DNA of 64,000 nucleotides from Candidatus Bathyarchaeia archaeon (lineage in GTDB: Archaea > Thermoproteota > Bathyarchaeia > Bathyarchaeales > Bathycorpusculaceae), in contig JBEKHN010000001.1 of assembly GCA_050012255.1 (NCBI GenBank), positions 328,392 through 392,391 on the forward strand. The letters are read 5' to 3'. The notes below the pieces were generated by a model. It was given only the letters and a program-made list of their open reading frames with translations, was not told the DNA's origin and made no database searches. This document shows, piece after piece, positions 1 through 9,735 of the stretch (position 1 is the first letter of the stretch; every line of letters starts with the position of its first letter). The translations under genes and the position numbers were made by a program.

Positions 1-767
1 GTGCTCATCACGGCGCAGTCACTGAGAACCTCAACGTAATGTTGTACGTTTGCTGTGTAGGTCAAACCCACGCGAACGCGACTGACACCTGCACCGTAAA
101 GTGTGGTGTCGACGTTGGTGATTGCCAGCTGCCGGACCCCGTTGATCCAGGCGATGTATTCTCCCAGCGTGCTGTGTACTCTGATGTAAAATTCGACGCA
201 GTACCACTTCCCCTCGACTGGATAGATGTTGTCTGTGCTTGCAGAAACGCTTGAACTGCCGTTGAGGCCCACGATGTTGAATCTGTCAACACCATCAGAG
301 CGATAGATGCGGAAGGTGCATTGAAGCTGGCCGCCAACTTCAAAACCGATCAACCCGAACCTGTCATCAGTGTCGTTAAGCGGCAGCCCATTAGCAATGT
401 AGAAGTAGCTTCTCGCGTGGACTTCGCTAACTGCAGGCGATATACTTTGATAAACGGTAGCATATTTAGCGCCAGAAGACAAGGCGTCTGTCTGGAAACG
501 CGCAGCGTAGACACCTTGATAAGGCGTTGTCGACACGACCGTGGCGTTGTCGCCCGTAGTTGTGTAGACGCCGCTCCAAGCCCCGAAGCCGCCGCTTTCA
601 AATTCGTCTTGAAAGAGAACTTGAGCTGCTGGCGGATTATAAATCGAGCCGCTGGAAGGTATGAGGAAAGTATTCTGTAGGCTGAGACTCGCTCCAATGA
701 GGGAAACGACTAGGAGAATGACTAGGAAAGCGATTACTCCTTTGTCTCTTGAAAAACGAAGCCTCAA
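1..767 (-). CDS. Secreted protein with ConA/LamG- or polysaccharide-lyase-like beta-sandwich (runs off left edge)
   Basis: Not in ORF track. Manual translation from TTG at 767 (AGGTGA RBS upstream) is open to base 1: MRLRFSRDKGVIAFLVILLVVSLIGASLSLQNTFLIPSSGSIYN..LFQDEFESGGFGAWSG..GKWYCVEFYI..WINGV. Confidence 0.75.
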   Translation of the reverse strand, partial: MRLRFSRDKGVIAFLVILLVVSLIGASLSLQNTFLIPSSGSIYNPPAAQVLFQDEFESGGFGAWSGVYTTTGDNATVVSTTPYQGVYAARFQTDALSSGAKYATVYQSISPAVSEVHARSYFYIANGLPLNDTDDRFGLIGFEVGGQLQCTFRIYRSDGVDRFNIVGLNGSSSVSASTDNIYPVEGKWYCVEFYIRVHSTLGEYIAWINGVRQLAITNVDTTLYGAGVSRVRVGLTYTANVQHYVEVLSDCAVMS

Positions 768-948
768 GCGATCACCTGGTCATACTGCATTGTGTTTGTC
801 GATGTTTTTATGAGTCGCGGTATATGCTATATTGCTAATTAATAAACGATTCTGCGTTAGTGTTCAACACACATACACAAAATCGGCAACAAGCATGTGG
901 TAGAGTGTCCACTGGACGTTCAGTGTCGAAATGCTCGGTTTGGTCGCT

Positions 949-2031
949 ATGAAGATCCTGCAGGTTTGTCCCGACACGTATTCCGAATTGGGCGGAGTCA
1001 CCGTTCACGTGAGAAACATAGCCGAAAGGCTCGCCAGAAGACATGACGTGACAGTCTTTGCCGTGGCAAATCATGAGCTTCCAAGGTTTGAGGTGAAAAA
1101 TGGCGTAAGAGTGGAGCGGTTTAGATGTTACGCGCCGAGCAACGCTTACTTTTTCTCTTGGGAGATTCCTCTGGAGATGCGCAGAGTCCAGTTCGACGTC
1201 GTTCATGGGCACGGATACCATGCCTTCCCACTTCACTATTCGGCTCTAGCAAAACGCGGCAAGTTTGTTGCAACGCCACATTTCCATGGCGCAGGGCACA
1301 CGCCGCTCAGAGACTGTCTGATTAGACTGTTCAAGCCCTTCGGCGCAAGAACCCTTGAAAGGGCTGAAAAGATAATTGCGGTGTCCGAGTTTGAGAAGGC
1401 ACTGCTGCATAGGCAGTTCAAAATCGACGATGACAAGGTTTTGGTGATACCTAACGGGGTTGATCACGGAGAGTTTTCGAATCTGCAGAAAAGGGAACCA
1501 GAAGCTAAATCCATCTTGTACGTCGGCTTCCTAACGGCATTCAAGGGCCCTCAATACCTGGTGGAGGTTCTGCCACGCTTGGCGGAAGACGTGGTCTTGG
1601 AGATTGTTGGGAGAGGGCCGCTTAGGCCTTTCCTAGAGAAACGTGCGCGCGAGCTGAGAGTTTATGACAGAGTCAGGTTCTATGAGAACTTATCGAGACA
1701 CGAGCTTTTGGAAAGGTTTGCTGAGGCAAGCGTGTTTGCAATGTTGTCTACGTTTGAAGCATACTCCATTGTTGTGGCTGAGGCCTTGACTGCTGGAACA
1801 CCCTGTGTAGTTGCTAACACTTCTGCTCTAAGCGAGTGGGTCGACAACGAAACGTGTTTTGGAGTCGACTATCCCATAGACCTGAATCAATTGGCGAAAC
1901 AGGTCAATCGCGTCCTTGAAAATGGAGTGGATACCACAGCGATGAGGAAGTGGATTGGCACTAAGATACTGGACTGGAACGATGTCGTAGGCCGACTGGA
2001 AAACGTCTATGAAAGAATAGCTGAGGAGTAG
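949..2031 (+). CDS. Glycosyltransferase family 4
   Basis: MKILQV..GG N-terminus, VIPNGVD, EAYSIVVAEALTAGTPCV (EX7E motif); ATG 949 preferred over 931. Confidence 0.93.
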   Translation: MKILQVCPDTYSELGGVTVHVRNIAERLARRHDVTVFAVANHELPRFEVKNGVRVERFRCYAPSNAYFFSWEIPLEMRRVQFDVVHGHGYHAFPLHYSALAKRGKFVATPHFHGAGHTPLRDCLIRLFKPFGARTLERAEKIIAVSEFEKALLHRQFKIDDDKVLVIPNGVDHGEFSNLQKREPEAKSILYVGFLTAFKGPQYLVEVLPRLAEDVVLEIVGRGPLRPFLEKRARELRVYDRVRFYENLSRHELLERFAEASVFAMLSTFEAYSIVVAEALTAGTPCVVANTSALSEWVDNETCFGVDYPIDLNQLAKQVNRVLENGVDTTAMRKWIGTKILDWNDVVGRLENVYERIAEE

Positions 2032-2035
2032 ATTT

Positions 2036-3256
2036 TTGAACATTCTGTTCCTAAGTGAATTCTTTTATCCTCACGGAGGCGGCGCTGAATTCGCCACCTA
2101 TTTGTACGCCAAACTCTTGAGCAAATCAGGGTTCAACGTTGTCGTTGTCACGAACCGATTTGCAGGAGAAAAAGAAAGCTCAAAACGCGGGAATCTAACA
2201 ATACATAGACTGCCTCTTTTTAAGAGCGGCAGTGGAGTCAAATACCCAATCCTGACTAGGATTGATGTTCTGTTTTCTAATTATATGAGGAAACTGTTGA
2301 AATGGGCATCTCTCGTTTATATTCCGAAGTCATGGTACTCTATGATACCTCTGGCGAAAGTTTACAGAAAACCTGTCATTGTTCATGTTCATGATTACAG
2401 CCCGATTTGTCCCCTGGCAATACTTTACAGTTCATCGAATCGTACAGTATGCCAAAACAGGAAAGCATGTTCTGCCCGATGCATTTATCAGTTTGAAATG
2501 GACAAAAAAAGCAGCTTCAAAGATTCTGCTTTGTCTTTGTCGCTCAATTTGTTCGCTAGGTTGCCGATTCAGAAATTCGTTGAACAAGCTGAGGCTATCG
2601 TATGCGTTTCAAAGGCACAACAAAAGATCTTGACTGAAAGCATGCCGCTAATAAGTCACAAGACACACGTGGTCTATAATCCAATGCCGAACATTTCACC
2701 AGTGGAGGTTGACGGAGACGATTTTGGATACCTGGGCGGATTCAGTCTGCTGAAGGGTTTTAATGTGCTGTGCAAGTCTTTATCCTTGGTCAATACTCAT
2801 TCGTTCAAGGTTCACGTAACAGGAACTTCGATAACGCGCGAGATTGGGAGTGAACGTGCCAGACTGGAGTTCTTCAACCGGCTTGGCATCGTTCTTCACG
2901 AAAGGATGAAACATTCTGGTCAGGAGAATTTCTACAGACAGATCAAAGGAGTGATATTCCCGTCAATAGTTCCAGAACCCTTGCCCTACGTCACCGCTGA
3001 GGCTATCCTGAGGGGAAGATTGTTGATTGCCTCAAGGACAGGCGGAATTCCGGAGCAGGTCAAAGGCTGCAAAGGAGCGTTCCTGTTCGAGGCGGGCAAC
3101 TACAACGAGTTGGCTGAAATTCTCGGTTATGCCAAGAACCTGGACAGAAACACGGTCTTGGAGTTAGGCTACCATGACAGAGACGTTTTTCGCAGAACGT
3201 TCAACAACGAAAAAACGCTCGCCGATTTCGAGAAGATAATTAGCAGTTTGACATGA
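2036..3256 (+). CDS. Glycosyltransferase family 4
   Basis: FYPHGGGAE, HDYSPICP, PEPLPYVTAEA..ASRTGGIPE. Confidence 0.9.
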   Translation: MNILFLSEFFYPHGGGAEFATYLYAKLLSKSGFNVVVVTNRFAGEKESSKRGNLTIHRLPLFKSGSGVKYPILTRIDVLFSNYMRKLLKWASLVYIPKSWYSMIPLAKVYRKPVIVHVHDYSPICPLAILYSSSNRTVCQNRKACSARCIYQFEMDKKSSFKDSALSLSLNLFARLPIQKFVEQAEAIVCVSKAQQKILTESMPLISHKTHVVYNPMPNISPVEVDGDDFGYLGGFSLLKGFNVLCKSLSLVNTHSFKVHVTGTSITREIGSERARLEFFNRLGIVLHERMKHSGQENFYRQIKGVIFPSIVPEPLPYVTAEAILRGRLLIASRTGGIPEQVKGCKGAFLFEAGNYNELAEILGYAKNLDRNTVLELGYHDRDVFRRTFNNEKTLADFEKIISSLT

Positions 3257-3326
3257 AGACAGCACATTTGAGCGCGTGCTATTCATTCGATACGCACACT
3301 AGCCTTATATTGCAGAACTAGGCAGG

Positions 3327-3581
3327 ATGTTCAGCATGAAAAAGGTTTTTGGCAAGAATATTCTAGTAGCAAAAGTTGTTGGCGAGGTGCTGTTCTTGTA
3401 TGGATTTCTTGGTTGGGGCTTCGGAGTGCTAGTGGCATTGGTTCGTCCGCAATGGTTGCAATGGAGTCTGTCTCATCTGACACCGTGGCTAAGGCTGGAC
3501 ACCTTCACGATTGTGTCTTTCATCGTTAGCGCCGTCGGATTTTTCATGTGGAGTTTTACCAAAGAATTAAGGTCGAGTTAG
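3327..3581 (+). CDS. Small two-TM membrane protein (paralog of 25223-25498)
   Basis: Near-identical paralog in window; CTTATATT TATA-like box at ~3305. Confidence 0.8.
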   Translation: MFSMKKVFGKNILVAKVVGEVLFLYGFLGWGFGVLVALVRPQWLQWSLSHLTPWLRLDTFTIVSFIVSAVGFFMWSFTKELRSS

Positions 3582-3783
3582 CGCGAGTTTTCACTTCAAT
3601 TGTCTCAAAATCGGTCTTAATCGAGGCTCAAAGCTTGAAACGCCTTGAGGCGTCTTGCCAAAGGGCTCACAAGTTAGTCTTGAGGTGTCTTGAAAGCATG
3701 TCCTTTTTGTGCTTCAAGGGGATCGATACTCGTCCAACGGTTTGTGTGGTGAATGTCCACTTAGGAAAGCAAACGGTGTTGAA

Positions 3784-4506
3784 ATGAAGGTCTATAGAAT
3801 TCCGACCTTAATTCACTTTTTCGGACCTGATGGTTCAGGCAAGTCTACTCACGTTGACATATTGCTGAATCTGCTGAAGGAGCAAGAACCGCGAGTTAAG
3901 AAAATCTGGCTTCGATCTCCTCACACAGTAGCTTTCTTGCTATGGCGTTTGTTTATCAAAGTGGGTTTTTACCGCGTTGTCTCAAACCCGTTTGGTGACC
4001 CTGTCAGACTCCCAGCGGTCAATCGAAAAGGATCGCTTCGAACTCTCTGGGCCTTAGTCGAATTCTTCAGCGTCTTGCCCTTGATCGCGCGCATTCGTTT
4101 TTTGATGTTGAGAGGCTATAAATGCATTGCCGAGAGATACGTTCTCGACACGATTGTAACGGTTGCGTACTTCATAGGAGACATGAACTTCTTGACTAGC
4201 AGAATTTCGAGCCTGCTCTTTCGTTTCATCCCCCCTGACACCTTGTTCATCTTTCTAGATTCGGATTATGGAACAGTGTTCAGAAGGCGCGCACACTTGC
4301 GTGGTAAGAAGAGGTTACGCCGGAACGATGGAAACTACGGTAGTCTTCCCAGAGCTGCTGTTGAACCACAAGAATTCATCAACTTCCAGAGAAACGCCTA
4401 CAAGATACTGTCAAAATCGTTCCATGCGACAGAGATCGATACGTCTTCACGTACAATAAAAGAAACATCCAACGAGATACAGAAACTACTGGAAAGTCAG
4501 GCATGA
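3784..4506 (+). CDS. P-loop nucleotide kinase, thymidylate-kinase-like
   Basis: GPDGSGKST Walker A, IAERYVLD, FIFLD; likely start ATG 3784. Confidence 0.8.
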   Translation: MKVYRIPTLIHFFGPDGSGKSTHVDILLNLLKEQEPRVKKIWLRSPHTVAFLLWRLFIKVGFYRVVSNPFGDPVRLPAVNRKGSLRTLWALVEFFSVLPLIARIRFLMLRGYKCIAERYVLDTIVTVAYFIGDMNFLTSRISSLLFRFIPPDTLFIFLDSDYGTVFRRRAHLRGKKRLRRNDGNYGSLPRAAVEPQEFINFQRNAYKILSKSFHATEIDTSSRTIKETSNEIQKLLESQA

Positions 4507-4597
4507 AGTCTCTGGTGAAATGAGTGGCGAGCGCAAAATCCACGTGATTTAGAGATCGCGCATGTAGTGCAATGTGAACCTTCCGCTCGCCTTGTTT

Positions 4598-5620
4598 CTA
4601 GTAGGTTTCCCGAAATGCGTGGTCCACAAGTTTTCTAAAAAAATCATTTGCAAATTTAGCATCAAACATGTTAGACAATTGTTTTGCCAAGCTCCTTCTT
4701 GTTTCGTTTTGTTTCATCATTTCTATTAGGGATTTGCCGATTGTGATGGGGTGGTACTTGTGTGGCGTCTCAAATTCCTCTCTCTGGAGTCTTGCAGCTT
4801 CAAAATCCTCTTCGCCAATTGTGTCAAGAATCTTCTTGAGAGTATCAGGGACAGTTGCATGCGCGGTACAGTGCAAAAAGGCGGTAATAGCCGCGTGCGT
4901 CTTGGTTGCATGTTTGATGTTGCATTTCTCCGCTGTTCGGACAAAATTTTCCACGTCGATCTGTTTCAGATAATAGATGAATGTGTAGTATTCTGCGAGC
5001 GTGTACATTTGTTCTTTTACTATTGAGTGAGCGATTATGCATATTAAGTCAGCTTCGGGTTTTAAGGTTTTTACAGGTCTGTTGTTCGTCAATTTTTTCT
5101 CTATAATGGAGTCTATGAGCTTACGTTTGTCTATGTAGGTTATTGAGCTTACAGCAATTTGATCATACAAGTCAATTCCTATGCCGTTGTCTCGATCCCA
5201 TATTGTTGTTGACATTGGTCCTTGCACCACTAAACTGTATCCTGCTTCTTGCATCGTCTCCACAGCCTTTGCGTATCCTGCGAAAACGATCACGTCTATG
5301 TCAACTGTTGTGGATCTGTAAGGTCTAATGGTCTTGAAGACCGCGTGCTCAATGTGCGTCTCCGATAAGATGCGTGAGACCCTGGAAATTGAGTTATCTA
5401 TTCTCAAGCGTTTGATGTTTTCGCTTTCATGGATGGAGGAAAAAGTGCTCACACGGTTTCGCGGGTTCATCGTTTGCAGCCTGTCCAGATAGTAAAAAAG
5501 CATCCTGTTTTTTTCCGAGAGCTGATAAAGTCTTATCAATTCCATCTTGGTAAATGTCCTGACCGTTGGCGACGCAAATGGAGACCCTAGTAGTTGCAGA
5601 AGCTCGACCGTTGAGTTCAT
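4598..5620 (-). CDS. Nucleotidyltransferase family protein (NTP_transf_5-like)
   Basis: VFKTIRPYRSTTVDIDV (DxD) and IDLY motifs. Confidence 0.75.
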   Translation of the reverse strand: MNSTVELLQLLGSPFASPTVRTFTKMELIRLYQLSEKNRMLFYYLDRLQTMNPRNRVSTFSSIHESENIKRLRIDNSISRVSRILSETHIEHAVFKTIRPYRSTTVDIDVIVFAGYAKAVETMQEAGYSLVVQGPMSTTIWDRDNGIGIDLYDQIAVSSITYIDKRKLIDSIIEKKLTNNRPVKTLKPEADLICIIAHSIVKEQMYTLAEYYTFIYYLKQIDVENFVRTAEKCNIKHATKTHAAITAFLHCTAHATVPDTLKKILDTIGEEDFEAARLQREEFETPHKYHPITIGKSLIEMMKQNETRRSLAKQLSNMFDAKFANDFFRKLVDHAFRETY

Positions 5621-5732
5621 TTATCTCATCTTTGATTATCCACCTGTTGGTACAATCAAGTATTAGTATTATGCTCTCGAGCGCGCCACTCGAAGAGCCA
5701 TAACCATATACTTTATACAAAACGTTTATGAA

Positions 5733-6278
5733 ATGGTCGAGGAAGGGAGTCTGATGAAATATTCCGTCAAGTTTCTTATCAGGCTGTGTGTTTTGTGGGC
5801 GACAGTATTCATTGCCCTTGATTTGGGAATTATCCGGGTCCCTTCAGTTGTTGCAAGCGATAACACTTCTTTGAAGGTTGGTGAAGCTGATGATGCCTTG
5901 CAGAGGGCTTTTATGGCTGTTTCGGAAGCTGAGAATGCCGGGGCGAACGTTTCCAGTCTGTTGGTTCAGCTAGAAGAAGCAGGTCAAATCTTGGTAGAAG
6001 CCAAATTGGCTTACAACAACGCTAATTTCAATGAAGCTACTGGTGCAGCTGACGAGTGTTCCGTATTAGCGAGTAGCGTCATAAATCAGGCTTCAACTCT
6101 GGAAAGTTCAGCTTTGATCAGTACTCGTGTCCTGTTGTGGCAAATGATTGCATTCGCTGCAGTTGGAGGATTCGTCTTCGCAATAGTCTTGTTGATGATT
6201 TGGGTTAGATTCAGGAAGCACTACGTAAAGAACTTGAACAGCAAGAAGCCAAGGGTTGAGTTCGATGCTGAAGCTTAA
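5733..6278 (+). CDS. Membrane-anchored helical protein
   Basis: N-terminal TM, AENAGANVSSLL helical region, C-terminal TM and basic tail; overlaps next gene. Confidence 0.7.
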   Translation: MVEEGSLMKYSVKFLIRLCVLWATVFIALDLGIIRVPSVVASDNTSLKVGEADDALQRAFMAVSEAENAGANVSSLLVQLEEAGQILVEAKLAYNNANFNEATGAADECSVLASSVINQASTLESSALISTRVLLWQMIAFAAVGGFVFAIVLLMIWVRFRKHYVKNLNSKKPRVEFDAEA

Positions 6279-6873
6279 ACACTACAAAGCGATCTTTGCG
6301 ATCACGGGCTTGGTCGGCATCCTTTTGTTTGCTTCTCCAACGTTGAGTCTTGTGTTACACCTTCCTGGCGGAGAGAAGTTCTCTGAACTCTGGATTTTGG
6401 GACCTACGCACGTGGCCGGAGATGTTCCTTTCAACGTTAGAGCTAATGAAACATACACGATTTATCTGGGCGTTGGCAATTACATGGAATCTTCAGCCTA
6501 CTATATTGTTGAGGTGAAGTTTAGAAATCAAACTGACCCTTTTCCGGATCCGTTGAGCAAGACGCCAAACACTCTTAATCCCATCTTTGAGTATCGCGTT
6601 TTCCTAGGCGACAACGATGTCTGGGAGAGAGAAATTGCGTTTTCCTTCGAAAATGTTTCATTCAAGAACAATACGAGCACAATCTCCAGCATAGTCATAG
6701 ATGGACACGCATTACACGTTGACAAAGATGTTGCGTGGGATCAGACCAACAATGGCTTTAATTACGAATTGTTCTTTGAACTGTGGCTATACAATGCTCC
6801 GGCATCGAGTTTTCAATACAATGATAGAGTAGTAGGACTGCAGTTCAACATGACTGACAATAAGACGCTTTAG
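6256..6873 (+). CDS. DUF1616-like protein (extracellular half)
   Basis: TM then EKFSELWILGP..VPFNV..IYLGVGN..YYIVEVK, LFFELWLY. Confidence 0.7.
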   Translation: MSSMLKLKHYKAIFAITGLVGILLFASPTLSLVLHLPGGEKFSELWILGPTHVAGDVPFNVRANETYTIYLGVGNYMESSAYYIVEVKFRNQTDPFPDPLSKTPNTLNPIFEYRVFLGDNDVWEREIAFSFENVSFKNNTSTISSIVIDGHALHVDKDVAWDQTNNGFNYELFFELWLYNAPASSFQYNDRVVGLQFNMTDNKTL

Positions 6874-6894
6874 GCGAGGGGGTGTTATGGGAAG

Positions 6895-8625
6895 ATGGAC
6901 AAGTCAAATGACGATCGACGGTCACGAAAGGTACAGTTGTTAGTAGTTGCGTTTTTTGTGTTCTTGGTTCTCCTAGTTGTCCAGGTTTTTCTGAGCACGA
7001 AGGACAGTACTGACTCTTGGATCTTGGAGGGTCTTGTTCCGTACTTTATTCTGGTTACTCTAACCTATAGTGCAATTGTGTCCTATTCTTCAAACATGAA
7101 ACTAATAGCTTTGATTAGTGGTTTTTATCTTGTTGCATTGAACGTTATACCAACTCTAAAATACGTTTTTGTCTATGGTTATCATGATCCGTTGGATCAT
7201 TTTGGTTCTATCCAACAAACGATAGCAGCAGGGCATATGTCCGAGGTAGGTGTTTACAGTGAGCAATATGGAGCTGCGCCCGGGCTGCATCTCCTAGTAT
7301 CGGAATTGTCAATGGTGACTGGTTCGAATGCGCTTTTTGCCTTCAAATTATTCCTGGTGGTTTCTCCTTTCATTTTACCACTTGTCGTCTATCTTGTAAT
7401 GAAGAGGTTGGACGCGCCCAACGGGCTTGTAAAGGCGGCTCTGTTTGCTAGCGTGATAACCGCACCAGTAACGTACATTTATACAGGCACAACTTCCGTC
7501 TATCCTCTTTATGAGATGTTCATTTGCTTTTGCTTGCTCTTCTTCTCCTTCGGACCACGTTCGCGTTCAGAATTTGTTACTGCGTTTGTGATAGGGGTAG
7601 GAATAGTGGTGTCGCATGATTCAACTTCCTTCTTTTTGTTGGTGATCGTGTCCTCGACTATGTTATTTATCATATTGGCGAGAAGAATCGGGATTTTTAA
7701 GAGAATTCCAAATCTGTCGATTCTCTTTGCTATGAGCTTTGGGACTCTCGTACTTGCGCATTTCACTTTTACTTCCAGCACTGGTAATCTCACAAGACTT
7801 TTGTCTCTGATGGATCAGATGATTGTGAGGACACTGTTTGGGCACCAATTGGCGGCTGTCAGCTATTATCAAGGTTTTTTCAGTCTAGGTTTAATTGACA
7901 GGATAAAAATTTTCTTGATTACTTACGGAAATGTTGCTATCCTACTCTTACTTGTTGCTGCGGCTCCTTTTGCGTTGTACAAACTTCGTAGAGCGAATGT
8001 GAAACTGCGCGGATTCTACTATAACATGATCTTTCCAGCCTTGCTGGCTTTCTTGTCATTTGCTCTGTATCTTTTTGTTAGCGGCGCTCCAGATAGAGGA
8101 TTGATTTATTTTGCTGCCTTTGCACCATTCCTTGCTGGATTAACAATATACTACCTATTTTTCTCAAGGAGATATCGCTTCGATAATCTGGTCGTGACAA
8201 TCGTCGTTTTCTCTTTGATCTGCGCATGCGTTCTATCTACATTCCCTGTTCAGCCCTTGATGCCAACCGTTTCTACAACACAGGGGAGTTATTATGCTTA
8301 TGACTTGAGACAAGTCAACACCGTATATGATCGATCGCTAGTTCTGTTTGTGAGCGCACATAACTCAAGCCTAAGTATATGGACAGACGATATTCTGAGG
8401 GATCTAACACTCGCCTTAACGAACTCAGATTTTCAGTCTTTACTTACCTCGAACCCAGAGAAAGCTGCATTGTTGCTTCTTTCAGTATCCCATGCCATTC
8501 CATCAGGCAGAAATGCGTTTAGCAATGAGCAATACATCCAGAACGCCTCGCTACAGGATGATATCCTATATTCGAATGGTCTTTCATTTGCGATGTTGAA
8601 CACGAGCAACACTGCATTCCCATAG
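6895..8625 (+). CDS. Polytopic membrane protein, putative GT-C / glycan polymerase-like
   Basis: About 13 hydrophobic segments; GYHDPLDH acidic loop after TM; glycan-locus context. Confidence 0.65.
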   Translation: MDKSNDDRRSRKVQLLVVAFFVFLVLLVVQVFLSTKDSTDSWILEGLVPYFILVTLTYSAIVSYSSNMKLIALISGFYLVALNVIPTLKYVFVYGYHDPLDHFGSIQQTIAAGHMSEVGVYSEQYGAAPGLHLLVSELSMVTGSNALFAFKLFLVVSPFILPLVVYLVMKRLDAPNGLVKAALFASVITAPVTYIYTGTTSVYPLYEMFICFCLLFFSFGPRSRSEFVTAFVIGVGIVVSHDSTSFFLLVIVSSTMLFIILARRIGIFKRIPNLSILFAMSFGTLVLAHFTFTSSTGNLTRLLSLMDQMIVRTLFGHQLAAVSYYQGFFSLGLIDRIKIFLITYGNVAILLLLVAAAPFALYKLRRANVKLRGFYYNMIFPALLAFLSFALYLFVSGAPDRGLIYFAAFAPFLAGLTIYYLFFSRRYRFDNLVVTIVVFSLICACVLSTFPVQPLMPTVSTTQGSYYAYDLRQVNTVYDRSLVLFVSAHNSSLSIWTDDILRDLTLALTNSDFQSLLTSNPEKAALLLLSVSHAIPSGRNAFSNEQYIQNASLQDDILYSNGLSFAMLNTSNTAFP

Positions 8626-9048
8626 ATTTTGAGATGGTTAACTAGCGCGTTTGAATTCTAGTTCAGACATGGTATAACGCTTGCATGAAGAATTCAGAAA
8701 AAATAATAATGTTTCATTGGTGAACGCGTCGATCCGTTAAACGACGTCCTCAAAATGCTCGCCCGCTCAGCAGTAAAGGATTTGACAGAGGTGATACATT
8801 TCTGATATAACAAGAGGTTTTTGTGCTCATGCGCGCGGGCAGATTAAATAATTGTTTTTAATGGGAGAGCCCGGTCTCCTCTTATTGGTTAGAATGAAGC
8901 GCGCGCGACCGACATCCCGATGACGGAATTACTATTACTTAATTTCACCCCCTTTTAAAGAGCGCGATATCCATTCAGCGACCTTAGAACCCTTAGAAAC
9001 ACACCTTAAACAACATTTAGGGTCTCTAACGCGTTTAAGCGGGTTTTT

Positions 9049-9115
9049 TAAGGCGTTTAACGCAAATCCAAGGTCGGTCAACATACATTTCCTAAGGCGT
9101 TTAACGCAAATCCAA
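9049..9115. repeat. 23-bp direct repeat TAAGGCGTTTAACGCAAATCCAA x2, among CCTTA(G/A)A boxes
   Basis: Copies at 9049-9071 and 9093-9115. Confidence 0.85.
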
Positions 9116-9421
9116 CACCGAACTCAAGGACCTTAAAAACCTTAAATCCAGGCCCTAATCATGCCGTAACAGAAAAAGGCTTGCACACCCGATAGCAGCT
9201 ATCGGATGAGCATGGTTCAAAGTCTAGCGGTCGGGCATGGGCCGCACGGCTTAACCAATCCTGGTAGTTTTGTGTAGCCTCTGATCTAATCCTGTCAAAC
9301 CGCTCTTTTGTGGTCCACGTCATGCGTGTCGGAAAGCGCGCGCGCTAAAATGTGCGTGGGGTTATCCAAATAGCTTTTATTATAGTCTCTGCGTTGTACC
9401 CTAGTGTTACGCATACAAAGA

Positions 9422-9620
9422 ATGATTGTTTCGGTGATAATACCCACGTACAAGAGAGTTACTGAAACGAAAAATCTTTTAGACATGATACAACGGCAAG
9501 ACATGGCACCCTATGAGATCCTCGTAGTTGATGACACGCCGTCCAGACAAATTGAAACCTTGTGCCATGACTGTAAAGAAGGACTAGCAAACAAAGGTTG
9601 CGAACTGGTAGCGCGCGCTA
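9422..9620 (+). pseudogene. Truncated GT2 glycosyltransferase (N-terminal ~63 aa)
   Basis: MIVSVIIPTYKR..YEILVVDD, then TAGCGCGCGCTA at 9609-9620; no DxD half follows. Confidence 0.85.
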
Positions 9621-9735
9621 AACCTCAAATTCTCGTAACGCGCAGACAAGTTTTTCTTGAAGAAGCTTACAATCTAATCCAAGGTGCTTGCAGGTCCGTC
9701 TTGGAAACATTCACGATATACCGACAGAGGTTGTT

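Noticed and set aside
39-697. Short ORF-track ORFs at the left edge
   Set aside because: Shadows of the minus-strand gene running from 767 off the edge.
1645-1651. GCGCGCG inside GT4 genes (also 10303) as junctions
   Set aside because: 7-nt runs in intact coding sequence with no visible discontinuity; compatible with chance.
3590-3700. Clustered CTTGA/CTCAA words
   Set aside because: Short and irregularly spaced; cannot be distinguished from chance.
3784-5620. Lasso-peptide cluster
   Set aside because: No precursor, B protein or asparagine-synthetase-like cyclase nearby.
9049-9115. CRISPR array
   Set aside because: Only two repeats with a 21-bp gap, and no cas genes in the window.
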